From Raillietiella orientalis (taxonomy: Eukaryota), in NCBI GenBank assembly GCA_036172245.1, contig JAYWIR010000012.1, positions 1,922,001 through 1,986,000 on the forward strand: 64,000 bases of DNA, given 5' to 3'. Both the position numbers and the translations under genes were made by a program. How positions within the stretch are numbered: the first letter of the stretch is position 1; the number at the start of each line of letters is the position of its first letter. Of the stretch, positions 49,301 to 60,044 are shown in pieces. The notes beneath the pieces are model-generated. The model made no database searches. It had not been told where the DNA came from and worked only from the letters and a program-made list of their open reading frames with translations.

Positions 49301-50830
49301 GTCCCTTGGAGCGTGATCTGGACGCTGACCGGCTTGGGAGTCCCTCTGAGCCTTGACCTTTCAGACCTGCACGATGCTCTGGATGGAGCGAAAAGTGAAG
49401 GAGCGTCCATGATGACATACAACGTCAGTCTGCGGTTCACCGGCCTGGACTCCCCGAGGCTCGAAGGCGACCTGTCCGAGCGGATTCAGAGGGACGTGAC
49501 CGCCCTGCTGAAGGACGCCCCGGGATTTCGCGAAGCGAACGTTTTGGTGCTGCATGCGTAAGCGGGCTACCCCGCCTCCCGGTCTGGTCTTCCTTTCCCC
49601 CTTCCCTTCCAGCTTCCCCGAAGCACTGCGGGCGGACATCGGAGTCGCTTTCGACAGGATCGGGGACTCCGCAGCGGAGACTGTCAAGTCCCTGATCGAG
49701 AAGACCCTCGGGGACCACGTCTCTGCGGGAAAGTTAGGATCTTTGGCAGTCGACCCTCACTACCTCATGATACAAGGACCCATAGGTAACCTTCGAATTG
49801 ACCTGCATCCCCTCCTTCTCGGACCTGGGCACTGGCAAGGAAGGCGCCACGATGATTTCCTCTCTCCCCTGCAGCATCTCCCTCCCCTCGTCCCCACGAG
49901 AGCGCGGACTCCCTACCGCTGGACCTGAAGGTGGTGGTCGTCGTCGGAGCCGTGGGCGCCCTTCTGTTCCTGGTGCTGCTCCAGGCCGCCTGCACGATTT
50001 ACCTGACCAGGAGAAGGAAGCGCTCGCACATGGTAAGCGGGAAGCCAGGGTATCCCGAACCGGGAAGGAAGCGACCGGCGTCGTTTACGCGTCCGCAGAG
50101 GTCCTAGAATCCCTCAGTCCGCTGGGTTCCCTCCCTCCTTTCTCCCTGTATTCCCGCTGGTGCTCCATCGGGGTAGGCGGGGGGGATCCCTCTTCTCCGC
50201 ATCCCACTCTGCTCTTCCTCAGGCGACTGAGGGAGCGTAGGCTTCTCCGGTGACTTCCTTGCCGTCGATCGGCTCACTTAACAGCGGCAGCCACGGCTGT
50301 CTCCAGCATTCGCGCCGTCATGAGCGGATAGTGACCCCGGTGGGACAGAATGCATGCGCACCTCTCTGCCCCGCCCGCAGTGGCTGATGTCTCTCCGTCG
50401 TCAGGACCGCTCCTCCTCTGGGTCGACGTGGAAGGACTGCTCCGCGGGACAGACCAACTACGCGTACGAGTCCTTCGAGCCGGACAGCAACGGCCGTCCC
50501 GCAAAGAGGCCCGTCGCCAAGCACGGGCACGAGAACGGCTCCTCGTCCGCCGGCAACAACAACGTGAAATCCCTGAGCCGGTCCAGGGTCGCCCCGGGCA
50601 ACCAGCGCGGCGCTACCGCCGCCCACGACAAATCGACGTACTCCCTGCCCCGCACGAGCTACTCGAGCGGCTACAGCAGCGCCAACCACTTCCCCGACGC
50701 GGACAGGCAGTTCAAGACGCTCTCGGGATCCGGGATGCAGCCCGACTTCTACTTCATGCCCTCCCAGAGGAAGTACTCAGGTGAAGTGGTCAGGGTCTAC
50801 GTGGACTACAACGGCAAGAGACCCCGGTAG
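34179..50830 (+). CDS. nahoda: Nahoda-like type I membrane protein (~1311 aa): SP, LPMO-like N-domain, 2 EGF, 2 DOMON, SEA-like, TM, cytoplasmic tail. Exons 34179-34350, 39718-39788, 40115-40212, 40293-40423, 41065-41289, 41346-42052, 42117-42384, 42896-42935, 43007-43106, 43208-43391, 43447-43573, 43790-43899, 43951-44366, 44416-44604, 46807-46954, 49365-49557, 49613-49785, 49875-50032, 50405-50830
   Basis: All 18 introns are GT-AG and phase-consistent; the total is 3936 nt with no internal stop. HVALTFPPARRFDLDFLDN.RTKGPCGMPRG, FHPMDCTDIVIG and PDFYFMPSQRKYSGEVVRVYVDY are motifs I recall from Drosophila nahoda-type proteins; the symbol is from memory and needs BLAST confirmation. The exons in 42117-43391 are the least certain. 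Confidence 0.85.
39718..40423 (+). CDS. nahoda: Nahoda-like exons 2-4 (LPMO-like domain): 39718-39788, 40115-40212, 40293-40423
   Basis: TLNVTWHLAYPHR|GGHRIELLD..DST|AQFHEVALPPLECRGCTIRLLRQASEWSRNYRFWSCADVDI. Confidence 0.9.
41065..42052 (+). CDS. nahoda: Nahoda-like exons 5-6 (EGF repeats; DOMON1 N-half + acidic insert): 41065-41289, 41346-42052
   Basis: CVCDPRREGTRCQYENECAADGDCGAHGKC..CFCEPGWFGERC; FTLYWKI..EIEIAMVVRGTSYAAVGWRP. Confidence 0.9.
42117..43391 (+). CDS. nahoda: Nahoda-like exons 7-10 (Thr-rich/charged insert): 42117-42384, 42896-42935, 43007-43106, 43208-43391
   Basis: Phase-consistent GT-AG exons encoding TTASTTATTAPTTTPST, PRVRRG and GRRRRLRAEEE; there is no homology anchor. 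Confidence 0.55.
43447..44604 (+). CDS. nahoda: Nahoda-like exons 11-14 (DOMON1 C-half, DOMON2): 43447-43573, 43790-43899, 43951-44366, 44416-44604
   Basis: FHPMDCTDIVIG..DFYTRDRSTP..GITTIVFRR..VIWARG..LKYHG; WTGIGFSDHPFMPHSDAIIGWV..GITTLRFSRRRDTGD. Confidence 0.92.
44880..45420 (-). mobile_element. Intronic decayed L1/Tx1-like fragment related to 56700-57520
   Basis: atgcttctccctcgcttttccc vs atgctccttccgcgtttcccc (~57467); both read KRGRSIF on -, resembling an APE N-terminus. Confidence 0.35.
45682..45700. repeat. (TG)n microsatellite after a poly-T tract
   Basis: tgtgtgtgtgtgtgtgtgt. Confidence 0.9.
46090..46600 (-). mobile_element. Intronic decayed non-LTR RT
   Basis: ORF 45903-46523(-): IPRKTCRFQNGTS (~Q.GFR.G.S), SVKGKSTF, FRNFWKRR, SAAISFPRESFN (~SVISP.LFN), AYTHANII (~YADDI), in the expected order. 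Further RT-like relics at 46960-47300 (KAPAHSV, AVVTPTSRRG). Confidence 0.45.
46807..46954 (+). CDS. nahoda: Nahoda-like exon 15 (end of DOMON2)
   Basis: tttcag|GAC...G|gtacgt; DKVLSDTKCLHVFFIVHGGTFNPVNKKIRKHDVQPIVSEEKICFGVC continues the DOMON domain. Confidence 0.88.
48901..49148 (+). pseudogene. Decayed duplicate of the 5' part of nahoda-like exon 6 within intron 15
   Basis: aagaaggcgct.tcggacgagttcaccctctactggaag..., tgcaaggccttcccc and cccgggagcccga match ~41390-41617; there is a frameshift and an internal deletion. Confidence 0.9.
49365..50032 (+). CDS. nahoda: Nahoda-like exons 16-18 (SEA-like domain, TM helix): 49365-49557, 49613-49785, 49875-50032
   Basis: YNVSLRFTG..PGFREANV..GKLGSLAVDP (SEA-like); VVVVVGAVGALLFLVLLQAACTIYL followed by RRRKR. 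Confidence 0.85.
50405..50830 (+). CDS. nahoda: Nahoda-like exon 19 (cytoplasmic tail)
   Basis: WKDCSAGQTNYAYESFE..TYSLPR..QPDFYFMPSQRKYSGEVVRVYVDYNGKRPR*. Confidence 0.9.
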   Translation, partial: DRSSSGSTWKDCSAGQTNYAYESFEPDSNGRPAKRPVAKHGHENGSSSAGNNNVKSLSRSRVAPGNQRGATAAHDKSTYSLPRTSYSSGYSSANHFPDADRQFKTLSGSGMQPDFYFMPSQRKYSGEVVRVYVDYNGKRPR

Positions 50831-53800
50831 CCGAGCGTCCTCCTCGATCGGCGCGAACCTCCATCCCGTACCCGGGGCAGCGAAGAAGGAAAGCAGTGGC
50901 CTGCCTAGCGCGCCCGGCGCTGCCGAGATAAACAAAGAGTTATTTTTTCGTAACCCGCTGCCTCACGGCGGCCCGTTTCATTCTCTCTCCCTCCGGCCCC
51001 GTCCGCTGCTCCTCCCCCTCTTCCTGCCGCCTGCAGGAAAGGGTCCCCACTGCCAGCACTTTTCAGGAGTGATCCGCGGCGGGAACTGCCTCTGACCTCC
51101 CTCCTCGTCCTTCCGCTTCCGGAGAGGGAAGAATTTTCAGGGGCATCGCGCAGGTTGCCAGGGCCGCCGTCCCGGGCCCGCGGCGGAAGACATCAATCAC
51201 CACGCACCAATCTCCCCTGCCGCAGCAGCCTCTTTGTAGGAATGCTGCCTGCTCGGGGCGGGGGGATCCGTCCCTACCTAGTTCACCCCGTCGCCATGCC
51301 GACCTTCTCCGGACGGCCGAGCCGGGTAGACGCACTCGACTCGACGTGTTTCTTTTTTTTTTTTTGCGACGTCGGGGCAGCGAGCGAAAGCGGGCTGAAG
51401 CGCACCCGGAAGGCGGCGTGGGCGGCACTTATGGTAGCGGCAGTTGCCCCAGGGTGACCTTTGGAGGCCAGCTTGGGGCACCCGTGGAGCTGTTGCCGTG
51501 CTCGGGCCGATTCAGGCTGCTGCTCGCCGATTTCTAGAATCAGTGGACCCTCGAAGCCGGCGCTCCTACCCCAAGACCAGGTCAGACAGGGAGAGGAAGG
51601 AGGTGCGGAATGAATCCGAGGTCTCCAAGGCAGCCGGCCGCTCACCGGGGAAGCATCCCGCGTTGCCTGCGCAGCCGAGGAGGACCCAGACGAGCGTCCC
51701 TTCCTCTTTGGATCCCTCCTTCCCCGAAGGCCGGCGGGAGGCAGCTGGTGGGCCGCAGGGGGGCGCCAATTGTTCGGCTCCAACTTCCCGGCGTGGGGAC
51801 CCTGCGGCGTAGCGAGAGAGCGCCGCTGCCCGTCGCCGGCAGGAAACTCCATCCCGGGGTCGCACCACCGCCCGGCGGAGTCGTTCGCTGCTTCTCAGCC
51901 GGCCAGCCCATTGCACCAGATCTTCGCCCTCCCTTCCGGCCCCCTAGCTCGAACGGGAGAAGCCTCTGGCGGAGACAGAGGCTTCCTCAAGGCAGTGAAA
52001 GGATGCTGCGTGTCTCCCCGAACAGGGAAGGGAAGAGGAGATCTCAGAAGACAGGGTCCTCCCCTCGCGCACCCGGAGTCCCCGGAGTGAGTTTCGCAGG
52101 CGGCTCTGGCTAGGGGAAAGGTACGAGGAAGCAGGAACGGGGGCGATCTGGACCGCATGATCCGTGTGGTTCAGCGTTCTCGTCCTCCCGAAAACATCCA
52201 ATGACGCTTTCCTTCCTTTCTGTTCCTTGGAAAACGGAAAAGTGCCAGAAGTCTCCTGACCCGCTCCCCCGTAGTCCCGCGGCCTACTTCTGGCGCTTCC
52301 TGGCTCGCATCGGGACGGGTGTTAAGGAGCCACTGGCGACGACGGCGGACTCGCTTTCCCAGGGATGCCAGAACTGCTCCCGTGATGAGGCGCCGCTGGC
52401 TACGAGGCGAGCGCGGGTTATTCCCTTCCCTCCCGAATAAATCCCCTCCCCTTTTCCCCCACGCGCGCGCTCGTGCAGGCAGCGCCAGATTTGCGGACGG
52501 ATCCTCCGCGGAGCAGCCCCAAGCCTGGGCGAAGCAGCAAAACGCGTGGCTGAGCGCGCGCGCTCGTACGAAGACGAACTCCTCCCCCTTTCTCGTCGAC
52601 TCCGGTTTCCTCGGAAACGAGGTGCCCGCGCTCCGCGTGAGTGCGTGCGCGTGCGCCTGCCCCCCCCCCCCCCTTTTCCCTTTCCACGCGCCTTTGGGAA
52701 AGTCGCGGAGGCGGGGGGGAGGCTCGGCGGCGTTCGGAAGAGGCGACGAACGCCCGGCATTCCTGAGCACGGCGCGCGCGCCCTCTGCCTGGCGCTGCCG
52801 GTGCCCCTTCCGGGCGCGCGCACTTCGCGAAAGGCGACCCGACTTTCCACTAAAGGCCGCCGTTCGGAACGGGCGCTGCTGGCAGCGGTGGTGGCGGCAT
52901 CTGGATTCCTGGCGTTCGAGCCCGCTCCCGCCCCCCGGGGGCCGGTCAGCGGCGGCGATCGGACGGCGCATTCCACGTTGGGATCGGGGTGACGTCATCG
53001 CCGGACTGCCAGGCTTTCCCCCTCCCCCCCTCGCGTGTTTCTCGCCGCACGGTAGCGAAGCGACGGGTAGTTCGCTGAGGGACCAGCGGACCTCGTCGGG
53101 GATGCGACGCGGAGGGGGGTCGCCCGGGAAGCGACGCTCGCCTGCGGAAGGGCGTCGCGGAACTTCCGTCGCAATGAGCGGGCCTGCCATCTCGGGGTGC
53201 CTCCTCGCACTACAGCGAAACTCTCCGGCCGAATACTCGGGAGAACGGGAACGGCAGTCGACCCCTCTCTGTCGCTTGGGGGGACCAGGAAGTTCGTGAT
53301 AAGCCCGGAAGCGGTTCCTGACTGAACTGCGGCGTCCGAAGAGTCCCGGTGATCTGCGTGCACAAACTGCCAATGATGGGGCAGCCACGCGGGAGAGGGC
53401 GGCGGCGGCGGAATGCTGGGGCTCTTCGAGAATTCGTCGCTTCTACGAGAAAGGGAGGGGAAGTTGCAGTCGCCCGGCAGCGCCTCCGCGTTCGGGAAGG
53501 AAGGGGAAGGCGAGGTGGCGGTGGCACTGCCGGCAGCAATGGTCCGAGAGAAAAGGAGAGGACGCACAGAAGAGGGAGAGGGGCCGCTCCATGGGCAGGA
53601 GGGGGAGTACCAGCGGCAGTCGGGAGCGGCGCCTTCTCTTCGACGGACTTTAGGACGACGCCATCCGCCGCCGCCTGCCCCCTGGCGACCCGCAGCTCTA
53701 CGTGAGCTTCTCAAGGAAGGCCCCATGCCCGAGGGGGCCGCAGGCGCCCATCCCGGGCGCTTTCGCTCGCAGCCGAGATGGGGGTGACCATCCCGCCTGC

Positions 53801-56800
53801 TCCTCAGGAATAGGAGGGAAGGGTGGGACACCCCCTCTCCCCTCTTCGCCGGGGGATCCATTTGGTGTCCGGAGCCGCGCGCCTGCGCTTCCCGGAGATG
53901 AAAACGTGCCTCGGGCGAGGGGTGCCAATCTCGGGGCGATCCGTCACGCCCCCCTCCTCCTCCCCCCCATCCACGAGGAATCGATTAGCCCTTCCGATTA
54001 TCTCCGTCACGCCTTCCCGGAGAGATTAGCGAGGACGCTCCCGGGGAGACCGGGAGGATTCCGAATTCGGGAACGCGGCAACTCATTGCTAATCAATTCG
54101 GGGAGAGGGGGGAGGGGGATGGGAGGGGCCGCCTGACGGGCACATTCGTCATCGCCGCCTTCCGGAATCCCTCCGGTTTTAAAATTCAGGCGACGGCTCC
54201 CGCCCTGGGCGCCGGAGAAAGGGAGAAAGGGAGAGGAAGGGGAGTGATCACGACGAGGGCCTCGCACCTCACTCCTACTCCTCCTACTGTCTCACCGCGC
54301 TTCCTCAGGCCGGGCCGGCACCTCTGACCCTATGGGCGCTCAGGGAGGCGAGGGGAGGGAAGAAACCCTACGATGCCCCTTCCTCAGGGATAGGGGAAAC
54401 TGCTCCTCGTCGTCATCCTCCCCCCACCCACCCACCCCTTTCCCATCCCGGGGAGCGGACTGCGCTCCAAGGGAAGAGTTAGCGGGAGAGGTTTCCCTGG
54501 AGACGGCATCGCTGTCTCCGGAACGGTTCGGGTCGCGTCCGGCAGCTTTCTGTGCCGCCCGGACGGGCAACCACCGGCTGACTACCCTCAGGTGGGGCAC
54601 GCCTAGAATTGTTCTCCCCGTCCGTCTCCGCTTCCCGCACCCATCTCCTCCCACTTCTCCGGGAAAGATCAACCAGAGGCCTCGAGGTCGATCCTGTCCC
54701 CGAGCATCCCACGCCCGGCGCGCGCACATAGGTCTCTCCCTCCCCCCCTTCCTTCCCGATGATTGTCCGCTCGATCCGATCGAAGGACCAGCGAAGGCCT
54801 TCGCTCGTCTCCCGGGGTGGAATTTCTCGGAGGACCGGGAAGGCGAGCTAAGGCGGTCCTTTCCGCTTTCCCGGAAAGTCTCGCGCATTCCAGGACGGAG
54901 ACTTCCAGGTTTCTCCCCTTCCAGGAATGTCCTCTCCTGAGGCCGGAGAGCCGTGTGCCCGCTGGGAAGCTCTACAGGGTATCTCTCTCAAGAAGGCGCT
55001 CTTCCGGGAGTGCCGGGACTCCCCCTAGGCAGCTGCCTGGCGATTCCGGGAGGTGCGCCACCTGCCGAAAGGACATCAACGCGGGCCGGAGCAGAGGGCG
55101 TCTCTGCTCCAGGAGGGCGGAGAAAGAAGGAAGGAAAGCAAGGGGCCAACGGGAGGAGGAGTGCAGCTCCCTGCCCCCTCTCCTAGACTCCCGCTCCTCG
55201 CTTCTCTGTGGCAGCGGAACGCAACGAAGATGAAGAGATACTTGCCGGCATACTTACCTGGCTTCGAGGTCTTAATTGTGATCAAGACGAAGAGAGACGA
55301 AGGGGAGCAGCTGCAGGATAGGGATCCAGAAGGGAGCAGGAAAGCAAAAAGGGGGTCGCAGATGCATCGGCCTGGCAGCTGGGTGCCTCCTTCCTCTTCT
55401 TACCCTTCCTCCTCTGACCTGCTGACCTTTCGGTCCCCTTTCGTCTTGCTCTTCCTTGCGATCGGCTCTGTTTCGACCGCAGGCACCAGGGAGCGGGGAG
55501 GAGTCGCCCTGAGACTTCCCTCTTCCTCCCTTCTCTGCAGTTCCGTCTCCCCCCAGACGAGGCGGTAGGGGGCTTGTCGCCGGTTCATGGGCTTCCCCAG
55601 GGGGCATCGTCCCAGGGGAATACTCCAGGAGGGGGGAGGGGAACGTTCCGAGCCACTAGTGTAGAGTACCTCACTCAGCGGCTCTCTCTGGAGGTTCCAG
55701 GGATGAAAAACGACAAGTGAAGCTTCTTCCTACTACTCACTCTCGATCCCATCCCGCCCCTCCCCAACCCTTTCGGCTCGCAGCTTTCTATCTTCCCCGG
55801 TGCGTGTTTCCCGCGCTCTCTTCATGGTGGCCGCCCACCTCCGAGGCGTCGTGGTGACCTTTCTGTGGGATGGCGCTCCCATCGTCGGGACCCATGCCAC
55901 CCTCTGCAGCACGCCTCTTGACGTCGCGCGCCGCCCAGAGCGGCCCCTCACGCCCAGGACTCATCCCAAACAGCGCCTCCGACCCAGGGGCGGGAATGGG
56001 ATTCGTATGGAGCGACCCAGAGGTCTCGACGGGCCACCCTGGTACGTTAGCCGGCTCGCGACGCATTCCCACAGAGGTCCACTCACATTCGACATCTTCC
56101 GGAGTGAAGAAGCGCTCCCATCAGGGGGGGGGGGAGCAAGAGCGGGGCTCCTGGAACAACTCGGACACCTTCGTCGCTTCCTCAGGAGGTTCAGCCTCTT
56201 CGAGGATCCTGGGAGGAGAAGTCAGGAGGGGCCCCAGGACCCAACCTCCCCCTTTCCCTCACCCAAGGACCGGATGCTGGCCGAGCTCCGGTGGCGCCCC
56301 TTCCGAAACGCATCGAAACGGGAGACCTCGAATTCCCGTCATCTCGTGAGATCGCAGGGGATGCTGGTGGGCGCGACGCCACCTCCCTCTTCCTCCTCCC
56401 CCAACTTCCAGACAAGGAGCATCCGCGACCATACCTCTCCGGAGGACTGTCTGGGAACCCCGCGAAGGGGCTGCATCCTCTCAGTAACGGGAGGCAGAGG
56501 GGCGCTGCTGCGGACGGCGTTTCCCCAGGGGCCACCACCTTCGCTCCTAGCGGGGAGGAAGGTGTGCTCGTGGAACTGCGATGAGGGCAGGGGGAGATTC
56601 CACAACTCGGCCTGCGCAGGAACAGGAGTCTCGTGGAATCTTCCAGAAGTCGTGGAGCCATCTGACCACCGTCTCTCCGGAAGGCCTCCCGCCTCAGAGC
56701 ACCACCGGCTGCTGAGGTGAAGCTGCATCTTTCAACGTGGCTCCGATGCCCAAGGGGGCTCCTGTGGGGCGTCTTCGGGGAAATGGGCGCTCCCGTCGCG

Positions 56801-57559
56801 AAGGAGGAACTTCGCGCGAACTCTGAGGCGAAGCGGAAAAGACGGAAGCAATGGCTCCCGGACTCGGCATCCGCTGGAAGCGCGGAAGTGATGATGCTGG
56901 AGGGGGATACTGAGATCGAAGACGGGAGGATCCCCCCATCCCCCATCCTTTCGCATGGAAAGCCAGGACCCGCCGGGTCAGGTGGTCTTTTGGTGACTTC
57001 GAGCCCTCCGGCAAGGGGTCCCGAGAAGGGAGACTGGCAACCGGCACCAGCAAGAACGAAGTCGCCGCACGACCTTTAGGAGCGCAGGCGATGGGGTTCC
57101 CTCGAAAACATTCCCCGGGGGGAAAGTCGAAATCTGCGTCTCGTCGGGGCGCGGTCGCGCTCGACTCTGTTCGACTCCGCACTTGGAAACACGACGCCCC
57201 CTTGGCTCGTATCGAAGAGGCGAACCTGGGACATCCTAGAGCCCGGCATCCGAGGTACCCCTTTCCGTCACGGGGAATGCGACTCCCTCTCTTGCCGAAG
57301 GGGGAAGGACCGGGTGCGCGCCGCCCGTCGGACGGAACATGTGCAGGGTCTCCAGGGCGGCTCGCGAAATAGAGGAATGCCATTTCCATGCGCTCGGCCC
57401 CCTGCGGCAGCAGCGGCCACTGCGATGCCGGACAGTCACGAGAAGCTGTGGGGGCGGGCCCTAAAGATGCTCCTTCCGCGTTTCCCCGTGCCGCGCGAGC
57501 GAGGGGGTTTCACGTGACTCTCCAACTTCTGAATCAGCCGCTCCACCCGGCTCACCAGC

Positions 57560-58325
57560 CGCTGCAGCGCTTGCACCGGCAGGTGGACGCCGAAAAGAGG
57601 CAGCGATCGATGACAGCCAGAGGAAAGGACCTGCCCGTGCTGGAAACTGTGAGCTCGAATCCCGCCCAAGGAAGGGTGGGAACGGGGTGTGCATCGTAGG
57701 TTTCGAGTCCCTCCCTGCAGGATGATGCTGACTGGCCTCGGGTGCGGCGGCATTGGTGGAAACCAGAAATCTCCCTCCGGCTACCCCTGTTGACTGGACA
57801 GGATTGGAAGTTGACCCTCCGGGGTCCTTCTAGAACATTAAGGAGTTTTTCCCTCCTGCTTTGGAGATGGAGCCGTCCTTCCTCTCTCTAGGGGGAGGGG
57901 GTTCCATCGCATACCATCGAACTGGTTGATTGACACCTCTCCAGAGTGTTACGAAGCGTGCTGCTCCCTCCGGGAAGTGCCCTTCAGAGAATTTGGGGAG
58001 CACCCTTTCCGGGTTCTCTCCAAAGGAGAAAACCAGGAAAGGTTCCCTTGCGGGTTCCCTCCGGCGAAAAAATTCCGGGAGCAGATCCTTTCCGGATTCC
58101 CTTCGGAGAAAGAACAACGGAACGGCTCCTCTGGGTCCCTCCGGAGAGAACAAGGAAGAGGTTCTTCCCTTCGGGATTCCCTTCGAAGGCAACCAGCGCG
58201 AGGATTCCCTTGGGGTTCCTCTCCCAAGCTTAAGAGGAGCGGACTCCTTCCTCGGAGTCTTCCTAGATTCATGGGGTGATCCCTCCCTGGATACCCCCAT
58301 AATTTGGGGAGTCACATGCACCTTC
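57560..58325. repeat. Dispersed repeat copy 2 (match to 18000-18630) with internal degenerate ~40-bp subrepeats
   Basis: Same blocks as copy 1; recurring (g)ggttc(c/t)ctcc..aga.aa unit between ~58005 and 58225. Confidence 0.8.
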
Positions 58326-59739
58326 GGGTGGAGTGGGACGGCGTTGGGCGGCGTGCCTGGGAGAGGGGGGCGTGGTGTCCTTCAGCAGACACACGTTTCT
58401 TCCAGAACTCGGCGCTCGTGCGCAGCCGCTGACCGTCGTCCCAAGGGCTTGTGCGACCTCTGGAACGGGCGGACGGACGGCCCACTCACGCAATTCCAGG
58501 CATTCGGGGATGGGGAGGGCTAGGTCCAGGGAGAGAAGAAAGATGGATTTTCTTCCGAGGCACGGGGGGGAAGGAAGGGGCAGGAATCGCCGCTGGGCTG
58601 GAGGAGCGGAGAACGACCCTGGAGACATGCCGAAAACCCAACGCGAGTCCCGATCTCCCGGAGGATCTCCAGCACCTGATGAACCCCGAAGCCGCAGGAC
58701 CGCGAACGCGAATTTCCCGTTTCTGGGAGCGCAAGGGGGGGGGGGGAGAAGGCACGGTACGGGAGACGATGCCTGCAGCAGCGCGGAAAGATGATGCGCT
58801 GAGGACGCCGCTGAGGAAAACGGGGGGAAGGAAGGACGCACTGCCTGCATCTTTTTCCAGCCTCCGTTGCATCCGAGGCCTGGGACGCGCTGTTTTGCCC
58901 ACTGTTGCCCTCCTTCACCGGGAGACCCGACTGGGACGAGGAGGAAGGTGGGTGCATGTTCCTCCATGAGGGTGGGAGGAGGAGGAAGGGGGCGGAAGTA
59001 GACAGCGGCGACCTCTCTCCCCGAGCACCCTCCCGGCCATGCGGCGGCCAATCCGGCACCGAGGTTGCCCAAGAATGACTCATTGTGTCCCGCCCCGACG
59101 AGAAGGGACCGAAGATCCCTTAATCGCGCCCGTTCCAGCCGTCAAGGTCCCGAATGAGATGGTGTTATTAAAGCGGCTCAGCATCCTGCAACTCGGATCC
59201 GCAGCATCCCGCGACGGGGTAGGGGGGGGAGTGCTCGCTCTCCGGGAGGACGGAGCGGCAGGAGCGAATTCTCCTCGCGGGCTGTCGCACGAGAAGCGTC
59301 CAGGGAGACGACTGGCGATTTGCTCGAGCCGTTTCCAGGGGTTACCGTCCACGGCGCCGCGGTCGACTGACGGATGCCCGGGAGCAGCAGATAACGGAGC
59401 GGGGAAGGAAGCAAATTAGCCGGGACAATTATCCCAGAGAATTCAATAAAACCTCCGGGAGCGGAGAGCGAGGCGCGCCTGAGGGATAAAGGGAAGCTTC
59501 TTTTTCGATTCCTCCTCGGACCTTAATCGGCGCTTCCATCTTCGATCCCTCCCCCTCCATGCGCGACGGCGCACTGCCCGCCTTCCTGGCACCGCCTCTT
59601 AGGACCCAGGATCACCTCCCTTCCCCTTTGGCGCGTCCTTGCCTCCCCCTCCCATCTGCCACCGCTGCAGCCAGCCTCAAGCCCACCACCGCCCGACCCT
59701 TCATTCCCTTGCCGACTCCCTGAAGTGGCTCCTCGGCAG

Positions 59740-60044
59740 GCACCATCTGCTGCCTCGCGTATCTAAGGGTAACAGAGCTGCAGGAACGGAGCAACTAGCG
59801 ATCCTCGTTGCCAGGAGTTCCGCGACCTCCCCTTACAGCCAGCAGCGAGCACCCGATGACTCCCCGCTTAGGGAGGCTTCCGCAAACTTCCGCAAACCTC
59901 CGGCGCTGCCGGAACAGGAGAAGGGTGTGGGCAGGGGGCGCCCGCTTTCCGCGTGGCGCCCTCTCTCGCGGGCTCCGCCCTCGTGCGGGCTGCGGTCGTC
60001 CCCGTGAGCGTTTCCACGGTCTTTCCGGAACTCCCTTCCGAGGG
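59740..60044. repeat. Inverted repeat arm B1 (~305 bp), partner 62208-62517
   Basis: aagggtaacagagctgcaggaacgg...ccccgtgagcgtttccacg..ctcccttccgaggg is the reverse complement of 62208-62517, with scattered substitutions. Confidence 0.9.

Noticed and set aside
52171..53388. Overlapping 405-aa (-) and 326-aa (+) ORFs
   Set aside because: Low-complexity GC-driven ORFs with no recognisable family or splice-consistent structure.
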